DNA from: Acidimicrobiales bacterium
GTDB lineage: Bacteria > Actinomycetota > Acidimicrobiia > Acidimicrobiales > JAUTXP01
Assembly (NCBI GenBank): GCA_035651095.1
Contig: DASRGI010000190.1
Location: 2,941-66,940 of the forward strand
DNA length: 64,000 nt
Direction of reading: 5' to 3'
In this document: piece by piece, positions 8,893 through 21,668 of the stretch
Layout: every line of letters starts with the position of its first letter
Numbering within the stretch: position 1 is the first letter of the stretch
The notes under the pieces: model-generated
Seen by the model: only the letters and a program-made list of their open reading frames with translations
Told to the model about the DNA's origin: nothing
The model's database searches: none
Position numbers and translations under genes: made by a program

Positions 8893-9831
8893 TCATTGGG
8901 CAGGCACGGTGAGTTCGAGCGCCCAGTGCTGCCCGACGAGGTCTGCACCAAAGCTGTGGTGCGCTTCTTCTTCGACGAGCCTGAAGCCTGCACGTTCGTA
9001 GATACGACGAGCATCCACGAGCACGTCGTTGGTCCAAAGGACGAGGGATCGGTACCCCGCGTCGCGGGCGAACTCGATGCACTGGTTCACCAGCGTCGAT
9101 CCCACGCCAAGACCTCGGGTGTGGGGCTCGGCGAGCAGAAGGCGGAGTTGCGCAGTTTCGTCATCACGACGGACACAGAAGACGCATCCGGCCGGCGCCC
9201 CCGCGACTTCTGCGATCCAAGCCGCCTCACGCGCCGGGTCGTGATCCTCCAGGTAGTCGACGACGATGCGGGCCACGAGCGCCTCGAAGGTGTGATCCCA
9301 GCCGTACTCCGAGCTGTAGATCGCTCCGTGGCGCTCGACAACCCAGCCGTACTCGCCGGCGAGCGGTGAACGCAGGGTTACCTCTGAAGCCATGCCGTCC
9401 GATGCCAGAATGCCCTTGATCACATCCATGGCGCTGAGAAGTCGACGTTGCACGGGCTCGGCGTGGCGTCCCAGAAGATTCTGGATGTCCTTCGCCGACC
9501 GTCGATTCAACGTCGCGAATTCCTTGCCTCCGTTCTTCGTCAGGCTGATCACCTGTCGCCGTCCGTCTTCGTCTGAACGTCGGCGCGAGATCAGGCCCTG
9601 GGCTTCGAGGCGGGCGAGGATGCGACTGAAGTAGCCGGAGTCGAGGCCGAGGTCGTGCCGCAGCGCCGCGGTGTCGGCGTCCCCGCGGGTCGCGATCTCG
9701 AAGATCACGCGCGCCTCGCTGACGTTCCACCGGGTGTGGAGGTAGGCGTCGTTCAAGATGCCGATCACTCGCGTGTAGAAGCGGTTGAACGAACGCACTC
9801 TCGCCACCCGTTCGGCGGTGCCGGCATCCAT
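8893..9831 (-). CDS. MarR-type HTH fused to a GNAT N-acetyltransferase
   Basis: Internal ATG of ORF 8893..10377. The N-terminus has FNRFYTR...LARLEAQGLI (MarR); the C-terminus has RGLGVGSTLVNQCIEFAR...YERAGF (GNAT). Confidence 0.85.
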   Translation of the reverse strand: MDAGTAERVARVRSFNRFYTRVIGILNDAYLHTRWNVSEARVIFEIATRGDADTAALRHDLGLDSGYFSRILARLEAQGLISRRRSDEDGRRQVISLTKNGGKEFATLNRRSAKDIQNLLGRHAEPVQRRLLSAMDVIKGILASDGMASEVTLRSPLAGEYGWVVERHGAIYSSEYGWDHTFEALVARIVVDYLEDHDPAREAAWIAEVAGAPAGCVFCVRRDDETAQLRLLLAEPHTRGLGVGSTLVNQCIEFARDAGYRSLVLWTNDVLVDARRIYERAGFRLVEEEAHHSFGADLVGQHWALELTVPAQ

Positions 9832-9918
9832 CGCAGCTCCGATACGATCTCTGACTGAGTCAGAGAATACACGGACGGACGACTTGACGGTGGCGATTGG
9901 TCGCGTACCGTCGTCGGT

Positions 9919-10329
9919 GTGACGCCGGAGGAGATCGCCGACCTCGGCCACCTGCGCCGGGCCCGCGACCTGATGGACCGCGACTACGCGCAGCCCCTCG
10001 ACGTTCCGGCCATGGCGCGTGCCGCGCTCATGTCGCCCGCCCACTTCTCGCGCAAGTTCCGTGCGGCGTATGGCGAGACGCCCTACTCCTATCTCATGAC
10101 GCGACGCATCGAGCGTGCCAAGGCGCTTCTGCGTCAGGGGCTGTCGGTCACCGACACCTGCCTCGCCGTCGGTTGCACGTCGCTCGGCTCGTTCAGCTCG
10201 CGCTTCACCGAGATCGTCGGGGAAACGCCGTCGCGGTACCGCGCACGCGACCACCGCGACCTCCAGGTCGTCCCGTCGTGCGTCAGCATGGTCGCCACGC
10301 GACCGCGGCGCACCCCGGTCAAGGTCTGA
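9919..10329 (+). CDS. AraC-family transcriptional regulator (HTH domain only)
   Basis: 136 aa, with SPAHFSRKFRAAYGETPYSYLMTRRIERAKALL...SLGSFSSRF. Confidence 0.85.
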   Translation: MTPEEIADLGHLRRARDLMDRDYAQPLDVPAMARAALMSPAHFSRKFRAAYGETPYSYLMTRRIERAKALLRQGLSVTDTCLAVGCTSLGSFSSRFTEIVGETPSRYRARDHRDLQVVPSCVSMVATRPRRTPVKV

Positions 10330-10406
10330 GCCCTCATGCCCGGCCTGCGCCAGCACCGAGCAGGATCGGAGAAGCACACGACGGGTGGTCCTCGTATGGT
10401 CCTCGC

Positions 10407-10805
10407 ATGGCAGTCACCGTCTCGGCAATGTTCATCCCCGTCCACGACCCCGACGCCGCGCTGGGCTTCTACCGCGACGCACTCGGGCTCGATGTCCGCA
10501 ACGACGTGGCGTCCGACGGCTTCCGCTGGGTCACCGTCGGCGCCCCGGGGCACGACGTCGACATCGTCCTGTTCCAGCCGCACGGCGGCCGTTCCCAGGC
10601 CGAGGGCGACGCCCTCCTGTCGCTCGTGACGCAGGGGTCGCTGCAGGCGGCGATCTTCCGCTCCGACGACCTCGACGCCACCTTCGAAAGGGTCCGGGCG
10701 TCGGGCGCCGAGGTGCTCCAGGAACCGGCATCGCAGCCCTGGGGAGCGCGCGACTGCGCGTTCCGCGACCCCTCGGGCAACCTCGTCCGCATCGCGCAGG
10801 CCTGA
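10407..10805 (+). CDS. VOC/glyoxalase-family protein
   Basis: Internal ATG of ORF 9897..10805. Contains FYRDALGLDV...PWGARDCAFRDPSGNLVRI. Confidence 0.8.
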   Translation: MAVTVSAMFIPVHDPDAALGFYRDALGLDVRNDVASDGFRWVTVGAPGHDVDIVLFQPHGGRSQAEGDALLSLVTQGSLQAAIFRSDDLDATFERVRASGAEVLQEPASQPWGARDCAFRDPSGNLVRIAQA

Positions 10806-10950
10806 CCGTCGTCCGCTCGGAGCGCGCGTCTGCCGTGCCGCGTCCATGATGGGCCGATGACGACCTGGGGCGCCTTCGCCGCCGCCGAAGCGGAGCTGGC
10901 GGCATTCCTGGCGGAGCGGCTGCAGGCGGCGCCTCACAGATGGAGACACC

Positions 10951-13343
<2,393 letters not shown>

Positions 13344-13373
13344 CCGGCGTAGACCGCGCGCACACCGTGCCGG

Positions 13374-16162
<2,789 letters not shown>

Positions 16163-16168
16163 ACCATG

Positions 16169-16206
16169 ATTCTGGCTTCAGTCAAAATTTAGAGGAACAC
16201 CAGAAT
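16169..16206. promoter_or_regulatory. Inverted repeat ATTCTGG-N24-CCAGAAT in the AT-rich furA upstream region; possible operator
   Basis: It lies in one of the AT-richest segments noticed by eye in this window, directly upstream of furA. Confidence 0.3.
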
Positions 16207-16251
16207 ACGGTGGGGCGCGGAAAGGGCAGCGGCACGAGCAACGCGCCCGGT

Positions 16252-16728
16252 TCAGACCGCGTGGGGCACCTTGCCCGTCCGGGTGAACACGAACCGCATG
16301 AGCTTGTGGCCCACGTCGGCAGTGGGCTCGAACATGAGCGGGCAACCGCCGTCGATCACGGTGATCCCGTGGTCCCGGCCGTACACGGTGGCCGCGTCGC
16401 ACACGCTCCCGGCCCCGAACGAGCGGTGCATCCACGCCTGGGTGATGCCCAACTCGGCGCACTCCCGCATGGTCGCCTCGGTGGCGTCGGGCCGGGTGGC
16501 CATGACCACCGCGCCCACCCCGCCGGGGATGCTCCGCAGGTCGGGATAGCTCGGGTCGCCCTCCACCTCGGTGGCGTTGGGGTTGACGGCGAAGACCTCG
16601 TAGCCGCGGTCCCGCAGGCGTTTGTACACGGCGTTGCTGCCGTGACCCTGGGGCTTGCGGGAGACGCCGGTCACGGCGATGCGCTTGTTGGCCAGGAAGG
16701 CCGAGGCGGCCTCTTTGACGGTGACCAT
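16252..16728 (-). CDS. CoA-binding domain protein (YccU-like)
   Basis: Internal ATG with RBS GAGAGGAGAG. Contains RIAVTGVSRKPQGHGSNAVYKRLRDRGYEVFAVNP. Confidence 0.8.
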   Translation of the reverse strand: MVTVKEAASAFLANKRIAVTGVSRKPQGHGSNAVYKRLRDRGYEVFAVNPNATEVEGDPSYPDLRSIPGGVGAVVMATRPDATEATMRECAELGITQAWMHRSFGAGSVCDAATVYGRDHGITVIDGGCPLMFEPTADVGHKLMRFVFTRTGKVPHAV

Positions 16729-16878
16729 CTGTCTCTCCTCTCGGGAGGGCTGCACCTCCGATCGTCCCCGGTGCAGCGGGCCGGGACCAGGGCTGAACGG
16801 CCCTACGCGGCTGCCCCACTCGCAGCCGTCCCGATGGTCGCCCGCTTCCTCGACCACCCTGCGTCGTAGCATCCGACC

Positions 16879-18000
16879 ATGGTTGATTCGCTCGCAATCG
16901 ACGCATCTCCCGGTGACGTGGTGGTGCTGGTGGGTACCACCAAGGGCCTGTTCGTACTGGCCGCCGGTCCCGACCGCCAGGACTGGGACCTCCGGGGCCC
17001 GTGGTTCCGCGGCGAGGAGATCTACGCCGCCACCCTCGACTGCCGCAACGGCCGCACCCGCCTGCTGGTTGGCGCCACCAGCTCGCACTGGGGCCCATCC
17101 GTGTACCGCTCCGACGACCTGGGCGCGACATGGATCGAGCCCCAGCCCACCACCCTCGCCTTCCCGGAGCACACGGGCGCGGCCGTGGCCCGCGTGTGGC
17201 AGCTCCAGCTCGCGGGCGACGCCCAGCCCGACGTGGTGTACGCGGGCGTGGAGCCGGCCGCCCTCTTCCGCTCGGACGACGGCGGCGAGTCGTTCCGGCT
17301 GGACGAGACCCTCTGGGACCACCCGCACCGGCCGCAATGGCAGCCCGGCGGCGGGGGACTGTGCCTGCACACCATCGTTCCCGACCCGTCCGGCGGGCCC
17401 CGCATGGGCGTGGCCGTGTCCGCCGCCGGCTTCTACCGCACCCTCGACGGGCAGACCTGGGAAGCGGCCAACCGGGGCATCGTGGCGCCCTTCCTGCCCG
17501 ACCCCGACGTCGAGTTCGGCCAGTGCGTGCACAAGGTCGACCGCCATCCCACCGAGCCGGACACCCTCTTCCTCCAGCACCATTGGGGCGTGTACCGGTC
17601 GGACGACTTCGGCGGGAAGTGGGCGGAGATCGGGACGGACGCCCTGCCCTCCACCTTTGGCTTCCCGGTGGTGGCCGACCCCAACCACGCGGGCACGGCC
17701 TACGTGCTGCCCCTCACGTCCGATTTCTTCCGCTGCACGCCCGACGGCCGCCTCCGCGTCTACCGCACCAGCGACGGCGGCCAGTCGTGGGATGCCCTCG
17801 AGCACGGCCTGCCCCAGGAGAACGCCTGGCTCACCGTGCTGCGGGACGGCTTCGCCGCCGACGCCCTCGATCCGGCCGGCCTCTACGTCGGCACCCGCAC
17901 CGGCGATGTGTTCGCGTCGCCCGATGCCGGCGCCTCGTGGCAGGAGCTGGCCCGCCACCTGCCGCCCGTGGTGTGCGTGAAGACGGCGGTGCTGCGCTGA
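16879..18000 (+). CDS. BNR/Asp-box repeat beta-propeller protein (sialidase-like fold, function unknown)
   Basis: 373 aa with six Asp-box motifs (SDDLGATW, SDDGGESF, TLDGQTW, SDDFGGKW, SDGGQSW, SPDAGASW). Confidence 0.8.
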   Translation: MVDSLAIDASPGDVVVLVGTTKGLFVLAAGPDRQDWDLRGPWFRGEEIYAATLDCRNGRTRLLVGATSSHWGPSVYRSDDLGATWIEPQPTTLAFPEHTGAAVARVWQLQLAGDAQPDVVYAGVEPAALFRSDDGGESFRLDETLWDHPHRPQWQPGGGGLCLHTIVPDPSGGPRMGVAVSAAGFYRTLDGQTWEAANRGIVAPFLPDPDVEFGQCVHKVDRHPTEPDTLFLQHHWGVYRSDDFGGKWAEIGTDALPSTFGFPVVADPNHAGTAYVLPLTSDFFRCTPDGRLRVYRTSDGGQSWDALEHGLPQENAWLTVLRDGFAADALDPAGLYVGTRTGDVFASPDAGASWQELARHLPPVVCVKTAVLR

Positions 18001-18281
18001 AGGTCGTCGTCCGCCTGGCATCGGCCCTGCGCGTGCACGCGGGTGGGGCGCCCACGGTCGAGCTCGACCTCCCCGCGCCCGTCACCATCGGCGCCGTCAT
18101 CGATGCCGTGGCCGCTGCCCACCCGGCCGTGGGCCGGCGCGTGCGTGACGAGGCGGGCACGTTGCGCCGGCACGTCAACGTGTTCGTGGGGGCCGACAAC
18201 GCTCGCGATCTCGACGGCGTCGACACGGTGGTGAGCGAGGGCCAGGAGGTGGCCGTGCTGCCCGCTGTGTCCGGGGGCTGA
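17973..18281 (+). CDS. MoaD/ThiS-family ubiquitin-like sulfur-carrier protein ending in Gly-Gly
   Basis: C-terminal part of ORF 17001..18281. The sequence KVVVRLASAL...VNVFVGADN...GQEVAVLPAVSGG ends in GG followed by a stop. Start uncertain: GTG 17973 or CTG 17997. It overlaps the upstream gene. Confidence 0.7.
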   Translation: MREDGGAALKVVVRLASALRVHAGGAPTVELDLPAPVTIGAVIDAVAAAHPAVGRRVRDEAGTLRRHVNVFVGADNARDLDGVDTVVSEGQEVAVLPAVSGG

Positions 18282-18300
18282 TCGGCGTAGCGTCTGACCC

Positions 18301-18801
18301 GTGAAGTACGCGGACGGCCCCACCGTCGAGGTCGAGGTGCTGATCGACGCCCCCGCCGAGCGCGTGTGGGCCCTCGTGAGCGACATCGACCTGCCCGCCC
18401 GCTTCTCGTCCGAGTTCCTGGGCAGCCGTTGGATCGACGGGGCCATCGGCCCGGCACCGGGCGCTCGCTTCGTCGGCCGCAATCGCCACCCGGTCGGGGG
18501 CGAATGGGAGACGACGTGCGTGGTCGACGTGTACGAGCCGGGCCGCTCCTTCGGGTGGGCCGTGGGCGACCCCGACTACCCGTCGGCCAGCTGGTGCTTC
18601 GACATCGAGCCCGAGCAGGACGGCGTGCGCCTGCGCCAGTGGGCCCGGTTGGGGCCGGCGCCGTCGGGTCTCACGCCGGCCATCGAGGCCATGCCCGACA
18701 AGGAGGAGCGCATCGTCGCCCGCCGGTTGGACGAGCACCGGGCCAACATGCAGGCCACCGTCGAGGGGGTGAAGGCGCTGGCCGAAGACGAAGGCCGATG
18801 A
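18301..18801 (+). CDS. SRPBCC (START/polyketide-cyclase-like) family protein
   Basis: 166 aa, with VEVLIDAPAERVWALVSDI...FGWAV. Confidence 0.7.
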   Translation: MKYADGPTVEVEVLIDAPAERVWALVSDIDLPARFSSEFLGSRWIDGAIGPAPGARFVGRNRHPVGGEWETTCVVDVYEPGRSFGWAVGDPDYPSASWCFDIEPEQDGVRLRQWARLGPAPSGLTPAIEAMPDKEERIVARRLDEHRANMQATVEGVKALAEDEGR

Positions 18802-19844
18802 GCCTGCGGGTGGGGGTGAGCGCCCTGCCGTTCGACGCCGAGGGGGTGGACTTCGTGCGGCAGGCGGAGCGCCTGGGAGCGCACTCGGTGTGGGTGCCCG
18901 AGTTCTGGGGCTACGACGCGCTCACTCCCCTCGCTCACCTGGCCGCCCGCACCGACCGCATCCGCCTGGCCACCGGCATCGTGCAGCTGGGCACGCGCAC
19001 GCCGGCCATGCTCGCCATGTCGGCCATGTCCCTCCAGGCGCTGTCGGGCGGCCGCTTCATCCTCGGCGTGGGGACCAGCGGCCCGCAAGTGATGGAGGGC
19101 TGGCACGGCGTGGCCTTCGACCGACCCATCCAGCGCACCCGGGAGACGGTCGAGATCGTCCGGGCCATCGCCCGCGGCGACCGCCTCGAACACGAGGGCG
19201 CGGTCTACACGCTGCCCCTGCCCGGCGGCGAGGGCCGCAGCATCCGGTCCGTGGCCCCGCCGGTGGACGTGCCCATCTACATCGCGTCGCTCGGCCCCGC
19301 CAACCTCAGGCTCACGGGCGAGGTGGCCGACGGGTGGATCGGCAACTCGTTCCTGCCCGAGACGGCCGAGGTGTTCTTCGACCCCATCCGCCGAGGCGCC
19401 GAAGGGGCCGGGCGCCGCCTCGACGACCTCGACCTCACGGTGGCGGTCGGCGTCGAGTTCACCGACGACGTGGACGAGGCCGCCCGCCGCCACGCCCGCG
19501 GCTACGCCTTCACCTTCGGGGCCATGGGGTCGGCCACCCACAACTTCTACAACGACGCCTTCGCCCGCCAGGGCTTCGGCGACGACGTGGCCGCGGTGCA
19601 GCGGCTGTGGCGGTCCGGCGATCGCCCGGCGGCCGAGGCCCGGGTGCCGGTGGAGATCGGCTTCAAGACCAACCTGCTCGGTCCGCCGCCTGTGGTCACC
19701 GAGCGGTTGCGGCGCTACCGCGACGCCGGCGTCACCACGTTGCGGGCCGGCCTGGGTGAGGGCGACCTCGACACCCGGCTGTCCGCGTTGGGCCAACTCC
19801 TCGAGTTGGTGACGGCGGTGAACGCCGAGCCCACCTCCGCCTGA
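18798..19844 (+). CDS. LLM-class (luciferase-like), probably F420-dependent oxidoreductase
   Basis: Its ATG overlaps the upstream stop. Contains SVWVPEFWGYDALTPLAHLAARTDRIRLATGIVQL...GRFILGVGTSGPQV. Confidence 0.85.
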   Translation: MSLRVGVSALPFDAEGVDFVRQAERLGAHSVWVPEFWGYDALTPLAHLAARTDRIRLATGIVQLGTRTPAMLAMSAMSLQALSGGRFILGVGTSGPQVMEGWHGVAFDRPIQRTRETVEIVRAIARGDRLEHEGAVYTLPLPGGEGRSIRSVAPPVDVPIYIASLGPANLRLTGEVADGWIGNSFLPETAEVFFDPIRRGAEGAGRRLDDLDLTVAVGVEFTDDVDEAARRHARGYAFTFGAMGSATHNFYNDAFARQGFGDDVAAVQRLWRSGDRPAAEARVPVEIGFKTNLLGPPPVVTERLRRYRDAGVTTLRAGLGEGDLDTRLSALGQLLELVTAVNAEPTSA

Positions 19845-19892
19845 CCGGCCGATTGGGGCTTCCTTCTTGCGGCGTGTTTTTCTGTAGGGGAC

Positions 19893-19920
19893 TTGACAGT
19901 TGTAGGTTAGGTCAGCCTAA
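19893..19920 (+). promoter_or_regulatory. TTGACA -35 element plus IdeR/DtxR-like iron box GTAGGTTAGGTCAGCCTAA
   Basis: Positions 19902-19920 match the IdeR consensus TTAGGTTAGGCTAACCTAA at 15 of 19 positions. The box lies 58 nt upstream of the lipoprotein ATG and overlaps the spacer and -10 region. Confidence 0.7.
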
Positions 19921-19977
19921 CTTTCAGCCGTCCGAAGGCCGAACGGTCGGCACGAGGCTGGCGAAGGAGAGAGATCG

Positions 19978-20397
19978 ATGAAGCACATGGTCCGGGTGGT
20001 GCTGCTCGCGGTCGCGGTGGCGCTGGTGGCGGGAGCCTGCTCGAACTCGAAGAAGGACACGGCGAGCGCCAACGCGAGCTCGCCCGAGGACAAGCGCACG
20101 TCGGCGGCGGCCGTGGCCACGGGCTTGAAGAAGATCGAGGCGACCGCCACCGACATTGCCAAATCGATCACTACCGACAAGGCTCGGGCCAAGAAGCTCA
20201 CCGGGGACATCGAGCCCGTGTGGGAGGGCATCGAGGGCACCGTGAAGGCCAACGACCAGGACTCGTACATCACCTTCGAGGACAACTTCGCCGTGTTGGA
20301 GAAGGCGGCGGAGGACGGCGACGCGACCAAGGCCCAGCAGGGCGCTGACGCGGTTTCGAAGGCGGTCAGCAGCTACCTGGCCAAGTACCCCGGGTGA
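19978..20397 (+). CDS. Small helical lipoprotein, first gene of the FTR1 operon
   Basis: 139 aa with signal peptide and lipobox LVAGAC, RBS GGAGAGAG. The stop overlaps the next start. Confidence 0.75.
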   Translation: MKHMVRVVLLAVAVALVAGACSNSKKDTASANASSPEDKRTSAAAVATGLKKIEATATDIAKSITTDKARAKKLTGDIEPVWEGIEGTVKANDQDSYITFEDNFAVLEKAAEDGDATKAQQGADAVSKAVSSYLAKYPG

Positions 20398-21665
20398 CGA
20401 ACCTGGCCCGCCGCGCCGCGCTGTTGGGGATGACGGGGCTGCTCGCCGTCCTCGCGCTGTTCCTGGTCGCCACGCCGGCCCAGGCAGCCGCCCCTGCGGT
20501 GTCGCGGGCCGAGGCCATCCGGCAACTGGACATCGTCCGGGAGTCCATCGACCGCACCTTGACCCTGATCAAGGACGGTCAGGCCGACAAGGCGTTCGCC
20601 GAGGCCAAGGCCGGCTACCTCAGCCACTTCGAGTTCGTCGAGGTGCCGTTGCGGGTGGTCGACCCCCGGCTGACGTCCGACGCCGAGACCAAGTTCGCCG
20701 AGATCCGCGGTCTCATCAGCTCGGGTGCACCGGTGGGTGAGGTGCGGTCCAACATCGTGGAGCTGCGGTCGCTGATCGACAACGCCGAGCGCCGCCTCAC
20801 CGACCAGGGGGTGGGGGCGCCGGCGGTGGTGTTCGGCCAGTCCTTCCTGATCATCTTCCGGGAGGGGCTGGAGGCGGTGCTGCTGGTGTCGGTCCTCCTC
20901 GGCTACCTCGAGGCGGCCAAGGCCACGCAGTACCGGCGGCCCATCCTCCTCGGCATGGCCGGGGCGGCGGTGGCCACCGTCCTCACCTTCCTCGTGCTGC
21001 GCACGGTGCTGGCCGCCCTGCCCCTCGGCCGGGAGATGCTCGAAGCGGTCACCGCGCTGGTGGCCGTGGTCGTGCTGTTCTACGTCTCCTTCTGGCTGGT
21101 GGCGCGCCTGGAGCAGAAGCGGTGGTTGGAGTTCCTGCGGGCGCGGGTGTGGACGGCGGTGTCGGTGGGATCGACGGCCGCGCTCGCGCTCGTGGGCTTC
21201 ACCGCCGTGTACCGCGAGGGGTTCGAGACCGCGCTCTTCTACCAGGCCCTGCTGTCGTTCGGCCCCGGCCTGGGGCAGTGGGTGGCGGCCGGCCTGGGCG
21301 CGGGCATCGTGGTGCTGACCGCAGTGTCGTGGGTGATCTTCCGCCTGGGCCGGCGGGTGCCGGTGAAGGCCTTCCTGTCCAGCGCCGTGGTGCTGCTGAT
21401 GGCGACGTCCGTGGCGTTCTTCGGCAACGCCGTGCGCTCCCTGCAGGAGGCCGACGTCATCGGGCTCCATCGCTGGACGGGCTGGCCCCGTGCGCCCATC
21501 TTCCTGTCGCAGTCGCTCGGGTACTGGCCCACCCGGGAGACGCTCGTGGCCCAGGCCGCGCTGTCGGCCGTCTACGTCGTGGGCGCGCTGTACCTCTTCG
21601 TGCTACGGCCCCGGCTCCGGCAGGCCCCGGCCGCCGCTCCGGTGGCTGCCACCAACCCCCGCTGA
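20394..21665 (+). CDS. FTR1-family high-affinity iron permease with an N-terminal extracytoplasmic helical domain
   Basis: 423 aa with two REXXE motifs (REGLEAV and REGFETA), 7 TM helices, and a signal peptide followed by a roughly 140-aa soluble domain. Confidence 0.85.
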   Translation: MTNLARRAALLGMTGLLAVLALFLVATPAQAAAPAVSRAEAIRQLDIVRESIDRTLTLIKDGQADKAFAEAKAGYLSHFEFVEVPLRVVDPRLTSDAETKFAEIRGLISSGAPVGEVRSNIVELRSLIDNAERRLTDQGVGAPAVVFGQSFLIIFREGLEAVLLVSVLLGYLEAAKATQYRRPILLGMAGAAVATVLTFLVLRTVLAALPLGREMLEAVTALVAVVVLFYVSFWLVARLEQKRWLEFLRARVWTAVSVGSTAALALVGFTAVYREGFETALFYQALLSFGPGLGQWVAAGLGAGIVVLTAVSWVIFRLGRRVPVKAFLSSAVVLLMATSVAFFGNAVRSLQEADVIGLHRWTGWPRAPIFLSQSLGYWPTRETLVAQAALSAVYVVGALYLFVLRPRLRQAPAAAPVAATNPR

Positions 21666-21668
21666 GCC

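Noticed and set aside
16729-18021. N-terminal roughly 430 aa of the 589-aa minus-strand ORF 16252..18021
   Set aside because: It is antisense to the Asp-box propeller gene and Gly/Arg/Val-rich. Only the last 158 aa, from an ATG with a strong RBS, match a CoA-binding protein.
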